In this document: positions 1 through 13,892 of the stretch, in pieces | How positions within the stretch are numbered: the stretch's first letter is position 1 | Layout: each line of letters opens with the position of its first letter | Assembly: GCF_000143415.4 (NCBI RefSeq) | Contig: NW_003314303.1 | Location: forward strand, 1,456,676-1,520,675 | DNA: 64,000 nucleotides | DNA from: Selaginella moellendorffii | Lineage: Eukaryota; Plantae; Lycopodiophyta | Reading direction: 5' to 3' | The notes under the pieces: model-generated | Databases searched by the model: none | Told to the model about the DNA's origin: nothing | Seen by the model: the letters and a program-made list of their open reading frames with translations, nothing else | Position numbers and translations under genes: made by a program

Positions 1-98
1 ACTGATTTTCCTCTTCTTTTTCTTCTTTCTGCAACTTAGTGTCAGTAAAAGGTCCAACTTTGCGTGCTGAGTAAAGCCATACCTTGATCTTCTAACAG

Positions 99-1084
99 GT
101 GTGGAAGTCTCACTCCAGTACACTGGAAATCCAGCGATTCTCGCATTGACAGACAGCAACGGAGTTTTCAAGCTGCCTGTGAAGAGCGCGTTCTTCGCAG
201 ATCCTGGTGCAAAAAGCCGACAGCTCTTTGTCAAGATCGTCAGGCTCCCAGACTCCACTTGCCAGATACCAACGACCACCGAGAAAAACGCTGGGATCTT
301 GTCCAAGGCAGCACGAAGAACAGGCATCTTCACGGTGGGAGCTTTTACTTTTCGGCCACAGAAGACCCTGTGCTCGGAGCTGCCTCCATCGCTTTCCAAC
401 ACCTCCATCATACCGCCACTTCCGCCAGCAATCTTCCCGTTTCCTCACCCTGGCTATGGCGGCGCTCCGCCGATTGGAAGCTCGCCTTTCCTCCCATTCT
501 CTCCACCACCATACGAAGAACTCCCACCACCGCCAAACGCCGAGCCGCCGGAGATCGTCATTCCACCGCAACCAACATCTCCGCCACCACCGCATTCTCT
601 TCCGCCGGCCCCTGTTCGTAGAAACAACGGGCCGCCGCCACCGCTACACGCTCTTCGTCCTCCTCTTCCACCGCCAGCCCCGCGGATGAAATCCCCTCAC
701 CCCTCACCGCCAGCTCCATATGTCCGAGACAAATCACCGCCACCGCTTCCAAAGCCGCCAGCTCGAAGCAAATCGCCACCCCGTCCAAAGCTCTCTCCGC
801 CGCCGCCAGCTCGAAACAAACCGCCGCCACCGCTTCCAAAGCTCACACCTCCCCCTCCTCGAAACAAATCGCCACCGCCGCTTCCAAAGCTCTCTCCTCC
901 GCTAGGACCACCAAAGCACGCTCCGCCTTCCAGGGCTCCCAGTCCTGGAAGAAAACCACTGCCATCGCCATCGCCATCGCCGACGCCGCCGCCATTTCCA
1001 TCACCATCGCCGTCGCCACCGCGTAAAGAGAGCCCTAGAGCGCCATACCTTCCATCACCACCGCATTGCCAGCAAAAACCCTAA
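99..1084 (+). CDS. Terminal exon of a Pollen Ole e 1 / extensin-like proline-rich cell-wall protein (5' exon(s) outside window)
   Basis: Acceptor ttctaacAG ends at 98. The exon reads GVEVSLQ..TDSNGVFKL..VKIV..P..C..FTF.P..C (Ole e 1-like domain), then SPPP/KSPPP/PSPS proline repeats to TAA at 1084. Confidence 0.75.
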
Positions 1085-2499
1085 TACCCGGGAAAGGGAA
1101 GTTTTCAAATGATATTAACTTTCTAGCGATCTGGGTCTTCATGCAAGGATTCTTCTGGGATTTCAATGCCCATAGTCAGTCACAAGGGTCACGACAGAGA
1201 AGTATTTTTGCAAGGATTCTTCACGACGATCTTATACCATTGTTCTAGTCAGATTGTCTTTGAAAGAACCAAGGTAATTTTAATGCCATAGTCCAGCACA
1301 GTCAAACAGTCCAACACGAGGAAGCATGAAGTATTCCTCTGATTTCGGGCAACAAGGCCGACTCCGTGCCCGACAATACACTTCTAACCCCCGTCAGGTA
1401 TCCATCAGGGCAGCGGCCGAAGTTCTCCACGATGAAAACCTCGTCCCCAAAGCTCGTCATCACGCTCTGGTTCTTGCTCACGTATGGGAGATACTTAGGC
1501 CTCAAAAGCTGAGTTGCCCGTAAGCGAGCATAGTTCCAGCCTCCAGCCCGGCAGCTTGTCCAGATAATCCAGCTTGGTGACGAGCATCCAGCATCCGCCA
1601 GACCCACACTCCCAGCGGCTGCACATTGTCGGGACTGGCAGCAGCAGTATCCTTAATGTTAGTTAAGGGTATCTTTCTTTTTTGGTACATACCAACTAAA
1701 CTTTTATCTCTTATTAAAAAATAAATTGCTACAGGTTGGTTGGTTTGCAATGCTTGGTTTGCTAAATAATAGTGTTATTTTTACTTATTAATTCAATTGA
1801 TCAAATAAAGTTTATAATTAAAAGCATGTTTGTAATTTATAAACACAAAATTAATCTTGTTGCATATCAACCATTAGATGAAAGAATAAAAATAATATAT
1901 TTGAAAAGGCTTAAGAAATTTTATAAATTATAAACATGTTTATAAATTATAAATACAAGATTAATAGTAGAATATCCTAGAATATCCAAGTATATTCTAG
2001 GTATATTCACTACCATCCGCTTAAGCAAACCAAAAAGAGATAAAGTTTGATATCATACTTTAAATAGCATTCTCTATTAATTGATATAAATCTTTTGAAG
2101 TTAAGATTTGATTTGTTTTTAGCAAAACACTTAATATATATTTGATAAAGTTCTATATAAAAAAAGTGAACATCTTGTTTATATATAGGAGTGAATGGTT
2201 TGAATTGAAACCAATTTGATGATTATCAAAATCCCCATGTGTATATGTGGGATGAGGTGGACCTAATTATGCATATAAATGATCTTATAAGTAGTGTTGA
2301 GTTAAGTTTTTGATCTCATCTTTAATATGGATTGATTACAGTGCAATCATGACGAATATGGCTTTGAAACTTCTTCCCTTTATTTTACATTTTTTTCATT
2401 TTTCTTTCATTCCTCTCAATTGTGTTTTAATTCATCCCTCTACTTCTTCCATCAGTTTATCTCCCCACTACTTTTTATTGTGTTTCCTTTTTGTTTTTT

Positions 2500-4300
2500 T
2501 ATTCCCTTTTTAGATCCTTTAAATAGTCTTTGCATTGTAATTGTTGACTTACTATGCTAATCTTTTCAATTTTGATATGTCATTTAAGGTTAAGATTGCA
2601 ATGCATCATCCTATTTTAACTAAGGATGTTTATCTTCTATTTGGCATTAGTCATCAAAAAAGATTAAAATTGTTTATGCAAATATCAAAGAGATATTGAA
2701 GAAAAATGTTATTTAAAAGTCTCAGAGCTTTTAGGATTCTGAACCTCATCTTGTGATGAAGACTAATAGGAGTATTCAATTTTACATTGATTATTCTTTG
2801 TTAAATGAAATGACTATCCTAAATATGTATCCTTTTCTTTACACTATTAATCTTCTTGATTGTCTGAGGAGAAATTATTAGTTCACCAAGTTAAATTTTA
2901 CTTTTGGTTAGTAGATGGCTAAAGAGGATGTTCTAAAAACCATTTTTTATACACTATTTAATTTGTATGAGTTTTTGGTGATGTTGTTCAATTTACATAA
3001 TGCTTTAACAACTTTCTAGTAGATGATAGATGAGATTCTTTATGATATGTCAAATGTGATTGTATAATGTTTTGATCCATTTAGAGGGGATGTGGGAAGA
3101 GTATATTCATGACGCTTACAAGATATTGGATCGACTACAAAAAGTTAGTTTGGGTTGAAGTGATTTAAGCGTGTGTTTAAGCCTAAGGACATAATTTATC
3201 TTGAGTACTACATTTCTTTGTTTGCAAGTTTATTATAAAAAACTTATGGCTATTTTGAAGTTCTTTGCTCCAAAGTGTATGAATAATATATAACACTTCA
3301 TCATTATGAGCATTGTTGATGTCGTCAACATTATTATTCATTTGGTTTAAAGATGGTGAATGGGCATTTATAGATCTTAAAAAAATGTTAATAATTCTTC
3401 CAATTTTGGCACTATACTCAACTTTTCATCTTGCATATAGATGCTTTTAATATTAGTTTTAGAGGTGTATTGATGCAAGAGAGCATAAATCTAGGTCTAT
3501 GATAAATAAAGAGTGTCTAGCAGTGGTTTTGAGAAGTTTCATGCATACTTACATGGTTATTAAACTTTATTAAAGGGTGATTATGTTATAATCATTATAT
3601 TGAAGTGGAAGAAATTGGCTCGTTATATTGTTGGATAGATTTTGAAACTTAAAATATATGACTTCAAAGTTGTTTATAACTTAGAAGTATTATAACTAAT
3701 GTTGAGGTTCTTTCTCAAACTCCTTTTCTTTTTTTGATCTTTTTTTATGTTCCTAATATGTTTGTTATTCAAACATTAGTGAAATTTACTTTCTCTTGGT
3801 GAGGTTAGTGAAGCTCAAAATGTTGAGTTATGGATTTAAAAGCTTTTGATAGGTTTGAGAATCTTGTTGATGACTTACTATTTTAATATTTACATTCTTA
3901 ATGTTACCTTAAGGATAACTTTTTTTACTTTGTGGGGGCTCATTGTGGTGATCATTTATGGTTAGTGGTGCCTTCAGTCTTTATTCCACATGAATCTCCT
4001 ATTCTAGACAAGCATATAAGACATTATTGTATGACTAGAAAGCTATTGTAAAGTATATAAACTTTTAACATTCAAATTAAGATGGTTATTTATTATTTCT
4101 ACAATATGCATATATTACAAGAATATAAAGTTTATTGGTACTTCAATATATTAATGCTTATATAATAATAATTCAATTGCTCATGAAGTTGAGTTTACTT
4201 TTGTGATTGCCATGAGCTATTAATGCTAGGTTCTAGGATTAGTATTTGAGCAGCCTAATAAACAGTTGGGCTGTATACAAATAGGCAATAATAACATTAT
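2500..4300 (+). mobile_element. Highly decayed Ty3/gypsy pol remnant (RT-RNase H)
   Basis: Relict motifs in the correct order: IDYKKL (~3130), DA (~3440), GVLMQ (~3464), KECLAVV (~3508), GRxLAR-like (~3607). Many stops and strong CpG depletion. Boundaries approximate. Confidence 0.6.
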
Positions 4301-5339
4301 AACTCTTATCATTACCCACCTATAAAATATGAAGTGGATGATGTAATATTGGTTTGTTTTCCCAATTTTATAGTATGTGGTTTATTTAAAGGGCTCCTTA
4401 CTCAGTTAAAAAAACTGTATCAAATGTTGAACCGCAAGTTTATAAGCACGTTGAACAAAAAGTTTATAAAGTTCGGCACAATATTCAATATGCCAATCCA
4501 CTACATATTGTGTATATGGAGTAGATAAAACACTTTATATAAAGGGAATAAGAACAAATAGTATTACTTATAAATTCATTAGTGCCTCTTCTTGATGTTC
4601 CTCTAGATCTTGGTCAATCAACTAGAGAACTCTAATTACCTTCGATCCTTATGATAAAAAAGGGTTCAAATATAATTATAATATTGTATACTATTATTAA
4701 CATAGTTGTACAATGCAAATGTAGATGGTAAATGTGTGGCAATAGGCTTAGTAATAAAAGATAAACTTAAATCCATCTCAACTAACATGGAAAGGGACTT
4801 CTTGTTATAAAAATAAGCTTGGAAAGTAAACATTAGATAAACTAGTGGCAACTAAACCCCTTTAAAAGTATTCCCAGAAGATAGATGAAGGGGTCACTAA
4901 CTAATTCATGCAGGTCCCTCCATTACTTATATGACTCCCTATTTCTCAAAAAAATCTTAATATTATGACTTTTCACCATATCAACACCAATATGATGTTA
5001 TTAACACCAAAGCCTCTATCTAGAAAATGGAGGATGCTAATCTAGAAAATGATGATAACACTTATATGTATGGCCATCCTCATCACATGCCTAACAACAA
5101 ACATTATGGCCACAATTATGTCCTTGCCATTGTCTTTAAACATGGATAGCAACAACATCAACCTCCATTAGAACATATACTTCAACTCCACTTCATGTGG
5201 GAAATGTAGCGACAAGTGGGAGAAGTGATGTCTCATAGCATTATATCAGTTAAAAAGCATCATTAAAGGTGGATGGGGCAAATATATGCACAACTCTCAA
5301 AAGATCTTAATGAAGTGTTAGCCACAACATTCCTAAAGA

Positions 5340-6145
5340 TCTAGGAATCTGAAATCAAAGTCCGGGAATGAGTCTGAGATGGAGTCCAAGAAGGAGTTTA
5401 TAATGGAGTCCGAGAAGGAGTCTGAGATGGACTCTGAAATGGAGTCCGAGCAAAGGAGTCTGAGATGGAGTCCGAAAAAGAGTCTAAAATGAAGTTTGAG
5501 AAGGAGTTTGAGATAAAGTTTGAGAATGAGTCCTATATGGAGTCCGAGATAAAGACCGAGACTGGGACTAAGACTGGGATTAAGACCAAGATCGAGACCG
5601 AGACCAGGACCAAGACCAAGACCGAGATCGAGACTGAGTCCAAGTCTGAGTCCGAATTCGAGTTTAAATCCAAGTTCAAGGGTGAAAGCCTAAAGCGATT
5701 ATCTCCCAGACCCTAAAGGGTTTTGTAAGCTCCAAAAGGATAGTAGTGGGAGGACTTTAGTGGAACCAGTTTAGCCAGGAAATGCTAGTGTGACTAAGAA
5801 AGGCTATACTTATATGGTGGGTGATAATATAACCACTAAGGAGTTTAAGGTTAGAGTGAATACAGATGGATAAGTAGAGTAATTTGGTGAAGTGTTTAAA
5901 AGCTGACTCTAGCTCCCTTGGGAGATCAAATGGTCAATGCTCCCAATCCAAGTGTGGGTGGCACTATTTACTTGGATACCTGGCATGGCTTATTAGAACC
6001 TCACTTTAGCCACATATCTAAGGCACCAAAGGGTGGAAGGTGGGGAAAGCATCCATGAGACTTATGTAGGGCTACAATGTTTTGAAAAGTTATCCCAAAG
6101 TCTCAAACTATAGAAAGGAAAAGGAGCAATCCTCTTACATAGTGA
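5340..6145 (+). mobile_element. Old LTR fragment of the 44342-51791 family, opposite orientation
   Basis: GAGATGGAGTCC and GAGACC repeat arrays followed by unique sequence that is the reverse complement of ~44880-45340. Confidence 0.8.
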
Positions 6146-6199
6146 CCAAAGGTATATATAAAGAACCAACTCTTCGAGGTGTCGTAAGCTAAAGGGAGG

Positions 6200-6328
6200 G
6201 AGGCTCTCGACCTTTCAAATCGGAGCTTTTAGTCCAAACATGTTACGCTCTTTTAGCTTTCGCTTTGGCCACTACCACATGGCGCCCTTTCGGCTCCACT
6301 TTGGGGCCTAGGGATTTGGTGTCTCACA
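6200..6328 (-). mobile_element. LTR terminal fragment of the same family
   Basis: Matches ~45875-46001 and ends in the same GGGATTTGGTGTCTCACA terminus. Confidence 0.8.
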
Positions 6329-6369
6329 GAAATATGGAGATCCTTAAAAGCACAACCAAAATGATAAAG

Positions 6370-7919
6370 AGTTCATTGGGTGAAACTAAATCTGAGATCG
6401 AGTCCGAGACCAACTTTGAGACCGAGTTTGAAACCGAGTCTAAGATCGAGTTCGAGGCCACTCTAAGACGGAGTTCGAGACTGGGGACAAGACCAAGTTT
6501 GAGATTGAGTTTGAGATCCGAGATTGGGTCCGAAACCAAGTCCGAGATTGAGTCCAAAATAAAGTTCGAGGTCGAGTTCGAGATCGAGTCTGAAATCGAG
6601 TTTGAGACTAAGTTTGAATAGTAATACAGGTTGTGGGGTGAAAGCACAAAGCATGTGTCTCCTGGGGGGGGGGGGGGATATAAAGGGTTCCAAAAGTATA
6701 ATAGGGATAGTGAGGTCTAGGAATTAATCTTGAAGAAATTCTTTAATGATGCTTCTAAACTGACTTAAGGTTGAAAATAAGGTATAAGGGCTTTGGATGG
6801 GAGTGAGCATGGACTTGGGTGGTGCCGAAAGGGCCACCCAAGGACATGCTCAAGAGCAACTCCCACCCTCAGAAGGGAAATTAACTATGGTGCTCCCGAC
6901 TCATGTGGAGTGGTGCCCCACTTGAGTATCTTACAGCTCATTGGTCCTCGCCCTTCCTACAGGCTTGGACCTTCCTTTCGGGATGGAAGTGGGGGAGTAG
7001 AGGCCCATACCAGGCTATTTGGCCATAGTGTTTCCCCCTGGTGTCCCGAATCAAGTATTGCACCTAAAGCTTGGGATTTAGAAGGGTTCTATAATCAAGT
7101 CTTGTTGTACCAAGGGATGTTAAGAACCAGGAGGTTTGGTGTGCTTGGCTGCTTGTGCTTGTGAAGAGTGTAGTCAAACTTTAAGTCTAGTCTAATTCAG
7201 GGAGGGGGATTAAAAGAGAATTTGGAAATTCATAGATAGATGGCTAATGTTTTGTTGCTCGTGCAATGAGTTGCTAAAACCAAATATGACTAAGTAAGAG
7301 CTGGTATAATAGATAGGAACCTCGGCAAAAGATTTTAACTAAGGCCAAGGTCATGGTGGTTGGATAGATGAGGTAAGCTAACAAATTGGAAAGGAAAAAT
7401 TTATATCTTATAGTATAGTCACGTGGTGAGGAAGTTTCAAAGGAACTTAGTAGTTAGATCTTTGAGCCCTAACTTAGTGACAGTGTTGGTGAGCACAACT
7501 ATGGATAGAGAGGGATTTAATGAGGACTAAAAAAGGGATATTGGGGAAAGGTGTTCCCTATGTCTTCAGGCATCTTAAAGATGTTAAGGTATGGTTTTAG
7601 AATGACCACTCATAAACAAAGGGCATAATCTTTTAGAGACAGGACTATAGCATAAGTGGTCTTAGACTATTAATGAGACAAGGGTAAATGGTCAAGGCCC
7701 TTAGCATAACAGGCTGATATGTTAGTGGTGCCTTTGGGGTGTCTACCATGGGATCGGACATATGGAGCACTTGGACTAAAGTGGCATAGATGCCATTCAT
7801 GGGGCTAGCATGTCCTAAGTTAGGATTAAGACTTATAAAAGGTTATGAGTAAGATTCTTTCAAGTGGTTAAAAGTGTGATTAAATGACTAAAGTAGAATG
7901 GAAAACTTAGTCGTTTACA
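6370..7919 (+). mobile_element. Related, diverged LTR in opposite orientation
   Basis: GAGTCCGAGACC-type repeats at 6380-6620. ~7450-7919 is the reverse complement of 44342-44830, ending ...GTCGTTTACA. Confidence 0.7.
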
Positions 7920-8280
7920 CTAATCCTTACGTCCTACCAAAGTTCTTTTATGGGAATCTTAAAGATGTTATATATCATTGGTTTAATCATTTTATAGTGG
8001 TTGTCATATGTCATTTCTTGCGATGATGCCTAGCATTTACACAAGTTTCCAACATGTCTCTAAAGGAAAGCATTGCAATGGTACAATGGTTTAAGCACAA
8101 TCACTTATGTAAATTAGAGTATTAGATGTTTCTAAATGTGCATATAAACATGTTGACAATTGTGATAATACCTTCCAGTAATTGCATCATCTTTGTCAAA
8201 AGCCATTTGAGTTAATTATGCAACTTGGTACTCACTTCTAAAGCCTCTTTTTTCATGCAAAGCAAAATATGTAAAAGTGC
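7920..8280 (+). mobile_element. Decayed gag fragment homologous to the gag at 63230-63590
   Basis: Colinear nucleotide similarity, e.g. AAGTTCTTTTATGGGAATC vs GAGTTCTTTCACGGGAATC, continuing through TTTGAGTT...GCAAAATATG. Confidence 0.7.
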
Positions 8281-10230
8281 TTAAACTCCATCTCAGGTGC
8301 CTTCTTGGACTCCATCTTGAACTCTATCTTGGATTCCTACTTAGACTCTTTGAATTCCATCTTGAACTCCTTCTTAGACTCTTTCTTGGACTCCATCTCA
8401 AACTCTTTTTCAGACTTGGTCCCGACACTTGCCATATGTCAATCCTTTTTATGTCCCTTTCTAAAGACTTATTCACCAATTGCTTCATGCTCATTCCTTA
8501 ATCACTTTATTTGAAGTTTCACTCCCATTCTTGACTTTTCGAGTTAAAGTTTTTAGTCCAAATGCGTTACATTCATTGAACTTTTATTTTGACCACTACC
8601 ATATGGCACATTTATAGCTTCACTTTGGGGCTTAGGGATTCATGTTTCACAACTCCATAAACAAAGTTTGATGTCCTTATTGAACAATAAACCATTTTAT
8701 AAAATAACTCTATCATAGATTACCATTTTTATCTTTGGCATTAAGCTAATATTTATCAAGAGTTTGCCATTAAAAGTTCACTATGCCTTACTCATTTTCT
8801 AAGGAGTATAGTTTCTCCATCTTAGAGACTCATAAGATCACTTGTGGTGGTTTTCTTCCTTTTTTTGTTTAACTCTTACTAAACTTATTAAACACCTCTA
8901 TCTCAATTTTATTACTCATTCTAGAGTAGTCTCTACCTCTATCAACATAATTATCATACTTTAGAAATTTGATATTGATTTCTCAAGTCAATTTCCTTAG
9001 TGTCTCTGACATTAAACTCTACTTCTCCATCCTAGAAAGTTATTCACTTAAGGGCACAATTATCCTCTCTTTTATTTTGTACCACCCTAGACACTAAGTT
9101 CCATTTATTTTATGTTAAGACTGTCTATGGCACTATTATTTAGCTACCTTGCTGCTCCATTTCTTGGAGCTTTCACCTTTGTTATATTAAAGCATTTGGT
9201 AAATCCATTTTTGGAAACATATTTTCTTTCCTATAATCCATTAGCATCCATCACATTGTAATTCCTTGCCTAATTTATAATATGGATTCCTTCTAGTAAT
9301 TTTCAAGATCTATTTTTAGCCATTAGTTTTTTGCTCCTATCCTTTAATTGTTACACCAAGTAACATAATGTCATTACTTTTAACCTTGAGCTATCTTTTT
9401 GGTTCCATAGCAAAGGTTTTTCTTTACCAAATTTATAGAGTATTCATCTTTTGTAAGTTTCTTTAGCATTTCCTACTGTGAGCTCTATCTTTAGCCCAAT
9501 CTTGTAACGCTCCTCTAGGTCTTTCCTTAGAGATTATTTTTTTTAGACTCAAAATACCATTATATTTCATTGCTTATTTCACCTATGTATCTTTCCTATT
9601 TAGTCACCTTAACCAAGTTACACCATTGTCAATAATTCAAATCAACACTTTAAACTAGAAAACTCATTTCTTAACCTAATAAGGAGTTTATCCTTGTTTA
9701 GCTATAAGATTACTTAGTGATCTCACATTGATCCATTAACATGTCTACTAATAAATATTGGGTTTGCCAAACCTTTAAATTGTTAATTATAACTTTGGAG
9801 GCATCATCCACACTTGGCAGTGTGCCTAAGCTATCCCTTTTGGCCAAGGGTCCATAATAACTAAGATTGAGTGTCTTTATCTCATTCACCATGTCCTTGG
9901 TATCACTTGTACTAAAGTGTTTAAGTTAAATATATTGAGCTTTCACACTAAACACTTTAACCATGCATCATAACTTTGGGGCATCTTTGTTTGGTGGTGT
10001 GCCCAAGCTAGCCTCTTTACTGAGAATCTATGACTACTGAAAAATGAGTGTCTTTATATTCCAAACTATCACTATGCCTTAGTAGGTTGGGACTTAAACC
10101 CAACTTTTGTATATGCATTTACAAATGACATCATATAGAATGTTTGGTATGACTCCCAACATTGGTGCACCAACTTATATCTAATATGCGTTATGGATCA
10201 TACCTTAGAAACCTACAAGCTTCCATACAC
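8280..10230 (-). mobile_element. Older truncated copy of the 44342-51791 LTR element (partial LTR to 8651 plus internal region)
   Basis: LTR terminus ...GTTTCACA at 8651, then sequence colinear with 46002-47700 carrying many C>T/G>A changes. Confidence 0.85.
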
Positions 10231-12644
10231 ATAAAGCCGTATTTTACTTTATATTAATTTATTAATTTTGGTTAATAGTTTTTATTTAAAATTTAAATGG
10301 ATTTAATTATATAATTTTATTGCTAAAGTGAGAATTGAATTTTTAAAGTTATTTTATTCCTTTCACTAAGTTTTTTTAAAATCTAAACATAATAAAATGA
10401 ATATAACCATTTTATTCAACTATTACAACATTCTTTTATTATATTTTTAAAGGATTTTTTTTAATTTATAATGTTTTCTTTATTAACACTACATTTTTTA
10501 TTGATAAGATTTTTAATACATTATTTTTAAAAATATTCATCTATGTCTTTAACATTGAAGTTTTAATATTTTAAGAAATATTTTTGGACAAGTTTTAACT
10601 TCTTTAGTCTGTATATTAAAGTATTGATTAGTTTAATTTATCATTTTTTAAGAAATTTTATAAAATATTTATAGTTTTATAATGTATATTCAAATTATTT
10701 TAGTTAAATACAATTGATTTATTTATAGTTATAGGGACAATTCGAGTGGAAAATATGGATGATAGATTATTATTTGTGGTGGATTGTTATAATAGATTAT
10801 GTTAATCTCTCTAACAAGGAACCTTTTTGGCTTAAATAAATGTTTTTTTTAATATTACAGCAGGATCTTAGCTCATAGGTATTTAATATAGTAGTTTTTT
10901 AGTATAGCAAATTACATATAAAATACAGATGAGGTTGCATTAGAATTTATATGGTTAGAATATTTTTTTAAAAGAAATTTTGAAGTAAAATTAAACATGA
11001 AAGAATCAATTTAGATAAAAAACGCTATTAAAATGCTAATTGTTATTGTCTAATTGCCTTGAGATTTTGGCAGAGAGTTTATTAGTAAAACTGGTACAGA
11101 ATCTGAAGGTTTATAATACCTGGCTTCACATTACTAATGATTAAAAAATTTAAAATTCCAAACATAACTTTATGGATATAGATAGTCTAATATTATAGCA
11201 TTAAACTTACTTTTTAGATTAAAACTGAAATGAAAAAGAAAGTAAATCTCATCCAGCTTATAGGTGGATCACATCACATGCCAGCAGATGGGATCCAGAC
11301 AGAGCAACCAGGCAGGCAGAGGCTGCTTATAATGCTACAAGATGCCATACAGCAACAGCAACTCAAAATGCCCCTGCTGAGTAGCCACACCAACTTATTT
11401 CCTGAAATTTTACCTTGAAGAAAAATAAAAATAAAAATTATATATATCATTGTTTTCGGCAAAAGTACATTGATTGTAAGAAAAAGTATAGACTAAGACT
11501 TAGTCTATAACAGTGCCCAACCGGAGACAAAGGAAGCCAGGAAGAACTTTGTGATCTTCACTTTATATGTTTGCAACATATATATATTAATACCATGTTG
11601 TGGTTCTTTTGTCCTTGTCCAAAAACTCCGTGTCTTGCAAGCTGTGATCAAGCTATGGTTTTGGAAGACCTTTTGAGAGCGACCTGATATTTCATCGGTA
11701 AGCGTACAGTATTTGTACAGTTTTGGAGTATTGATGGCGATGAATGTAAAGACGGTGCGATATACGGACTGGGAAAATTATAGTTAGAGAACGAGAAAGG
11801 TGGTGGTGGAGTGGTGGCGCGGTGGTGGTGGTGGTGGTGGTGGCGGATAGGACGCAAGCATCACCTCATTTAAGAAGGAATGAAACGAGAATTTTTCTCA
11901 CACCGATTTTGATACATTTTTTTTTTTCATGCTTTCTTTTTGTTTTTTTCCAACACTTAAAGCGAGAAAGAACAAGGATTGATCTGTGAAGCGCACGCTT
12001 TGGCTTTTAAAACCTGGTCGTTGTTTGTAAGGGAAAGCCTGGAAGAGCTGAAATGCCAGAGGGGTGGGGACTTGCATTGCAAGCCAAGCTTCTTCTATCG
12101 TGTCGATTTGTAGCGCTGGAGAGATGGAGAGCTCTCCTCCTTTGCAAAAAGAGAGCTTGCTTTTCTCTCCTGCCTGGCTATGAAAGCTCTCCTTCTCCCT
12201 CTTCGCGTAGAGAGTTCTAGAGCTCCAATTCGGTCACGGGAAAGAGGAGCAAAGATCCATGGAAGCTTGCGAGAATGTGAGAGTGAGAGGGAATCGTCGC
12301 GCAGGAGGAGGCAGTGGATCATTGCTCGCCACCTCTAGGTCTTGTCCCAACCTTGCTACGCTACAATTCGACTCGTCCTGGATTCAGGGGGAGCGCTCCT
12401 TGTTGTTTTCTTTCCAGGTCGATCGACTATGACCAGAGTACTATAAGCAGCGCACGAATCTCCAATCTCCACCGAGAGTTCCAAGAGAAAGAAGGAAGAA
12501 ATTCTCGCGAATTTCTCATAGCGGATAGCAATCCGAGAAGGAAGGAGAAAGAAATCTCTCAGCTCGATCGAAATCCAAGGAGAAAGGATTGAATCCGAAG
12601 AAGATCTCTCTCGCAGCTTATCTCCTCTCGCGATAGATCAAGCA

Positions 12645-13892
12645 ATGTGGGTTACCAAAGTTCTTCCAGTCGCTCTTCTCTTCCTCCAATTTCTCCTCCT
12701 CCCGGAGCTTCTCCCAATCGCGAGCGCCCAGATCGACACCACCGAGTACGCGGCGCTGCGCGTGATCCGGAACGCCCTGGACGATCTCCCGGGCTCCACA
12801 TTCTTCGCGACCTGGGATTTCACGCTAGATCCTTGCTCCTCGTTTCGCGGGGTCGTGTGTTCTTCCGGGGATCACGCTGGCGATTCCACGCAGCACGTCG
12901 TGATGCTCAGCATGGGCAGTGGCTTCGCGGGCTCTCCAGGTCTCTCCGGCCACCTCAGCCCGGCGCTGGGCAGCCTCCCATACCTCCGGATCCTCACGCT
13001 CGTCCCGGGTAGCGTCCGTGGTTCCATCCCACCCCAGATTGGCGCCCTCTCTCGCCTGGAATTCCTAGGGATCTCCAAGAACGGCCTCTCCGGATCCATC
13101 CCAGAGAGCTTCAAGAGCCTGGCATCGCTCCGAGGGCTGGATCTCAGCAACAACAAGCTCACCGGATCCATCCCGGCCTCCATCTTCGCGCTGCCATCGC
13201 TGGCCACGCTCATCCTCTCCTCCAACGATCTCTCGGGCTCCCTCCCGGGCGCCATCGCCGCGCCGCTCCAGCGATTGAGCGCCGACCGCAACCGGATCTC
13301 TGGAAACCTACCCTCGGCGCTGCCCGCCGCCACTCTCGCCCACCTCGATCTCTCCTGGAACGCGCTCGAGGGATCCATCGCCTCCACGGCGCTGCTGGGC
13401 CAGATCGCCTTCCTGGACCTCAGCTCCAATCGCCTCTCGGGCGCCATCCCGAGCTCGCTGCTCACGCTGCCCGAGCTCGCGGAGCTCCTCCTCCAGCGCA
13501 ATCTCCTGGGCGGGAGCGTGGATCCCCAGGGCCCCGTGAGGATAACGCGCCTGGATCTCAGCCACAATGCGCTCACTGGATCGCTATCGCCATTCCTGGC
13601 CACTGTCAAGAGCTTACTCCTCAACAACAACAAGCTCTCGGGTGGAGTCCCACGGGAGCTCATCCAGGGATTGGCCGCCGGCGACGTGGAGAACCTCTAC
13701 CTCCAGCACAATTTCCTCTCGGCGATCCAGGCGATGGAGGTGATGCCCCAGCTCTTGCCCGCGAGCTCGGTGTTTTGCATCCAGTACAATTGCTTGGAAC
13801 CGCCCGCGCAATCGTCGTGCCCGGCGAGTACCGGCAAGGAGCCCAGTCGCCCCGGCTTCCAGTGCGACGATCTAGACGGGGATTGGGACTGA
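12645..13892 (+). CDS. Intronless secreted leucine-rich-repeat protein (extracellular LRRs, no TM or kinase domain)
   Basis: Signal peptide, LRRNT (WDFTLDPC..F.GV.C), about 10 LxxLxLxxNxLxGxIP repeats and a C-terminal CxQYNC..PP..CP..RP..QC cap. GC-rich coding sequence. Confidence 0.92.
   Translation: MWVTKVLPVALLFLQFLLLPELLPIASAQIDTTEYAALRVIRNALDDLPGSTFFATWDFTLDPCSSFRGVVCSSGDHAGDSTQHVVMLSMGSGFAGSPGLSGHLSPALGSLPYLRILTLVPGSVRGSIPPQIGALSRLEFLGISKNGLSGSIPESFKSLASLRGLDLSNNKLTGSIPASIFALPSLATLILSSNDLSGSLPGAIAAPLQRLSADRNRISGNLPSALPAATLAHLDLSWNALEGSIASTALLGQIAFLDLSSNRLSGAIPSSLLTLPELAELLLQRNLLGGSVDPQGPVRITRLDLSHNALTGSLSPFLATVKSLLLNNNKLSGGVPRELIQGLAAGDVENLYLQHNFLSAIQAMEVMPQLLPASSVFCIQYNCLEPPAQSSCPASTGKEPSRPGFQCDDLDGDWD

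Noticed and set aside
1302-1650. GC-richer minus-strand ORF fragment
   Set aside because: No recognisable domain, proper start or splice structure. Possibly a gene relic but unsupported.
11230-11860. Possible miRNA hairpin (miR160-like TGCCTGG) or small Cys/His-rich peptide gene
   Set aside because: No convincing stem, too many mismatches to known miRNAs, and no recognisable peptide motif.
12872-13663. Long antisense ORFs over the LRR, SDH2 and PPR genes
   Set aside because: Shadow ORFs expected from GC-rich codon usage on the opposite strand.
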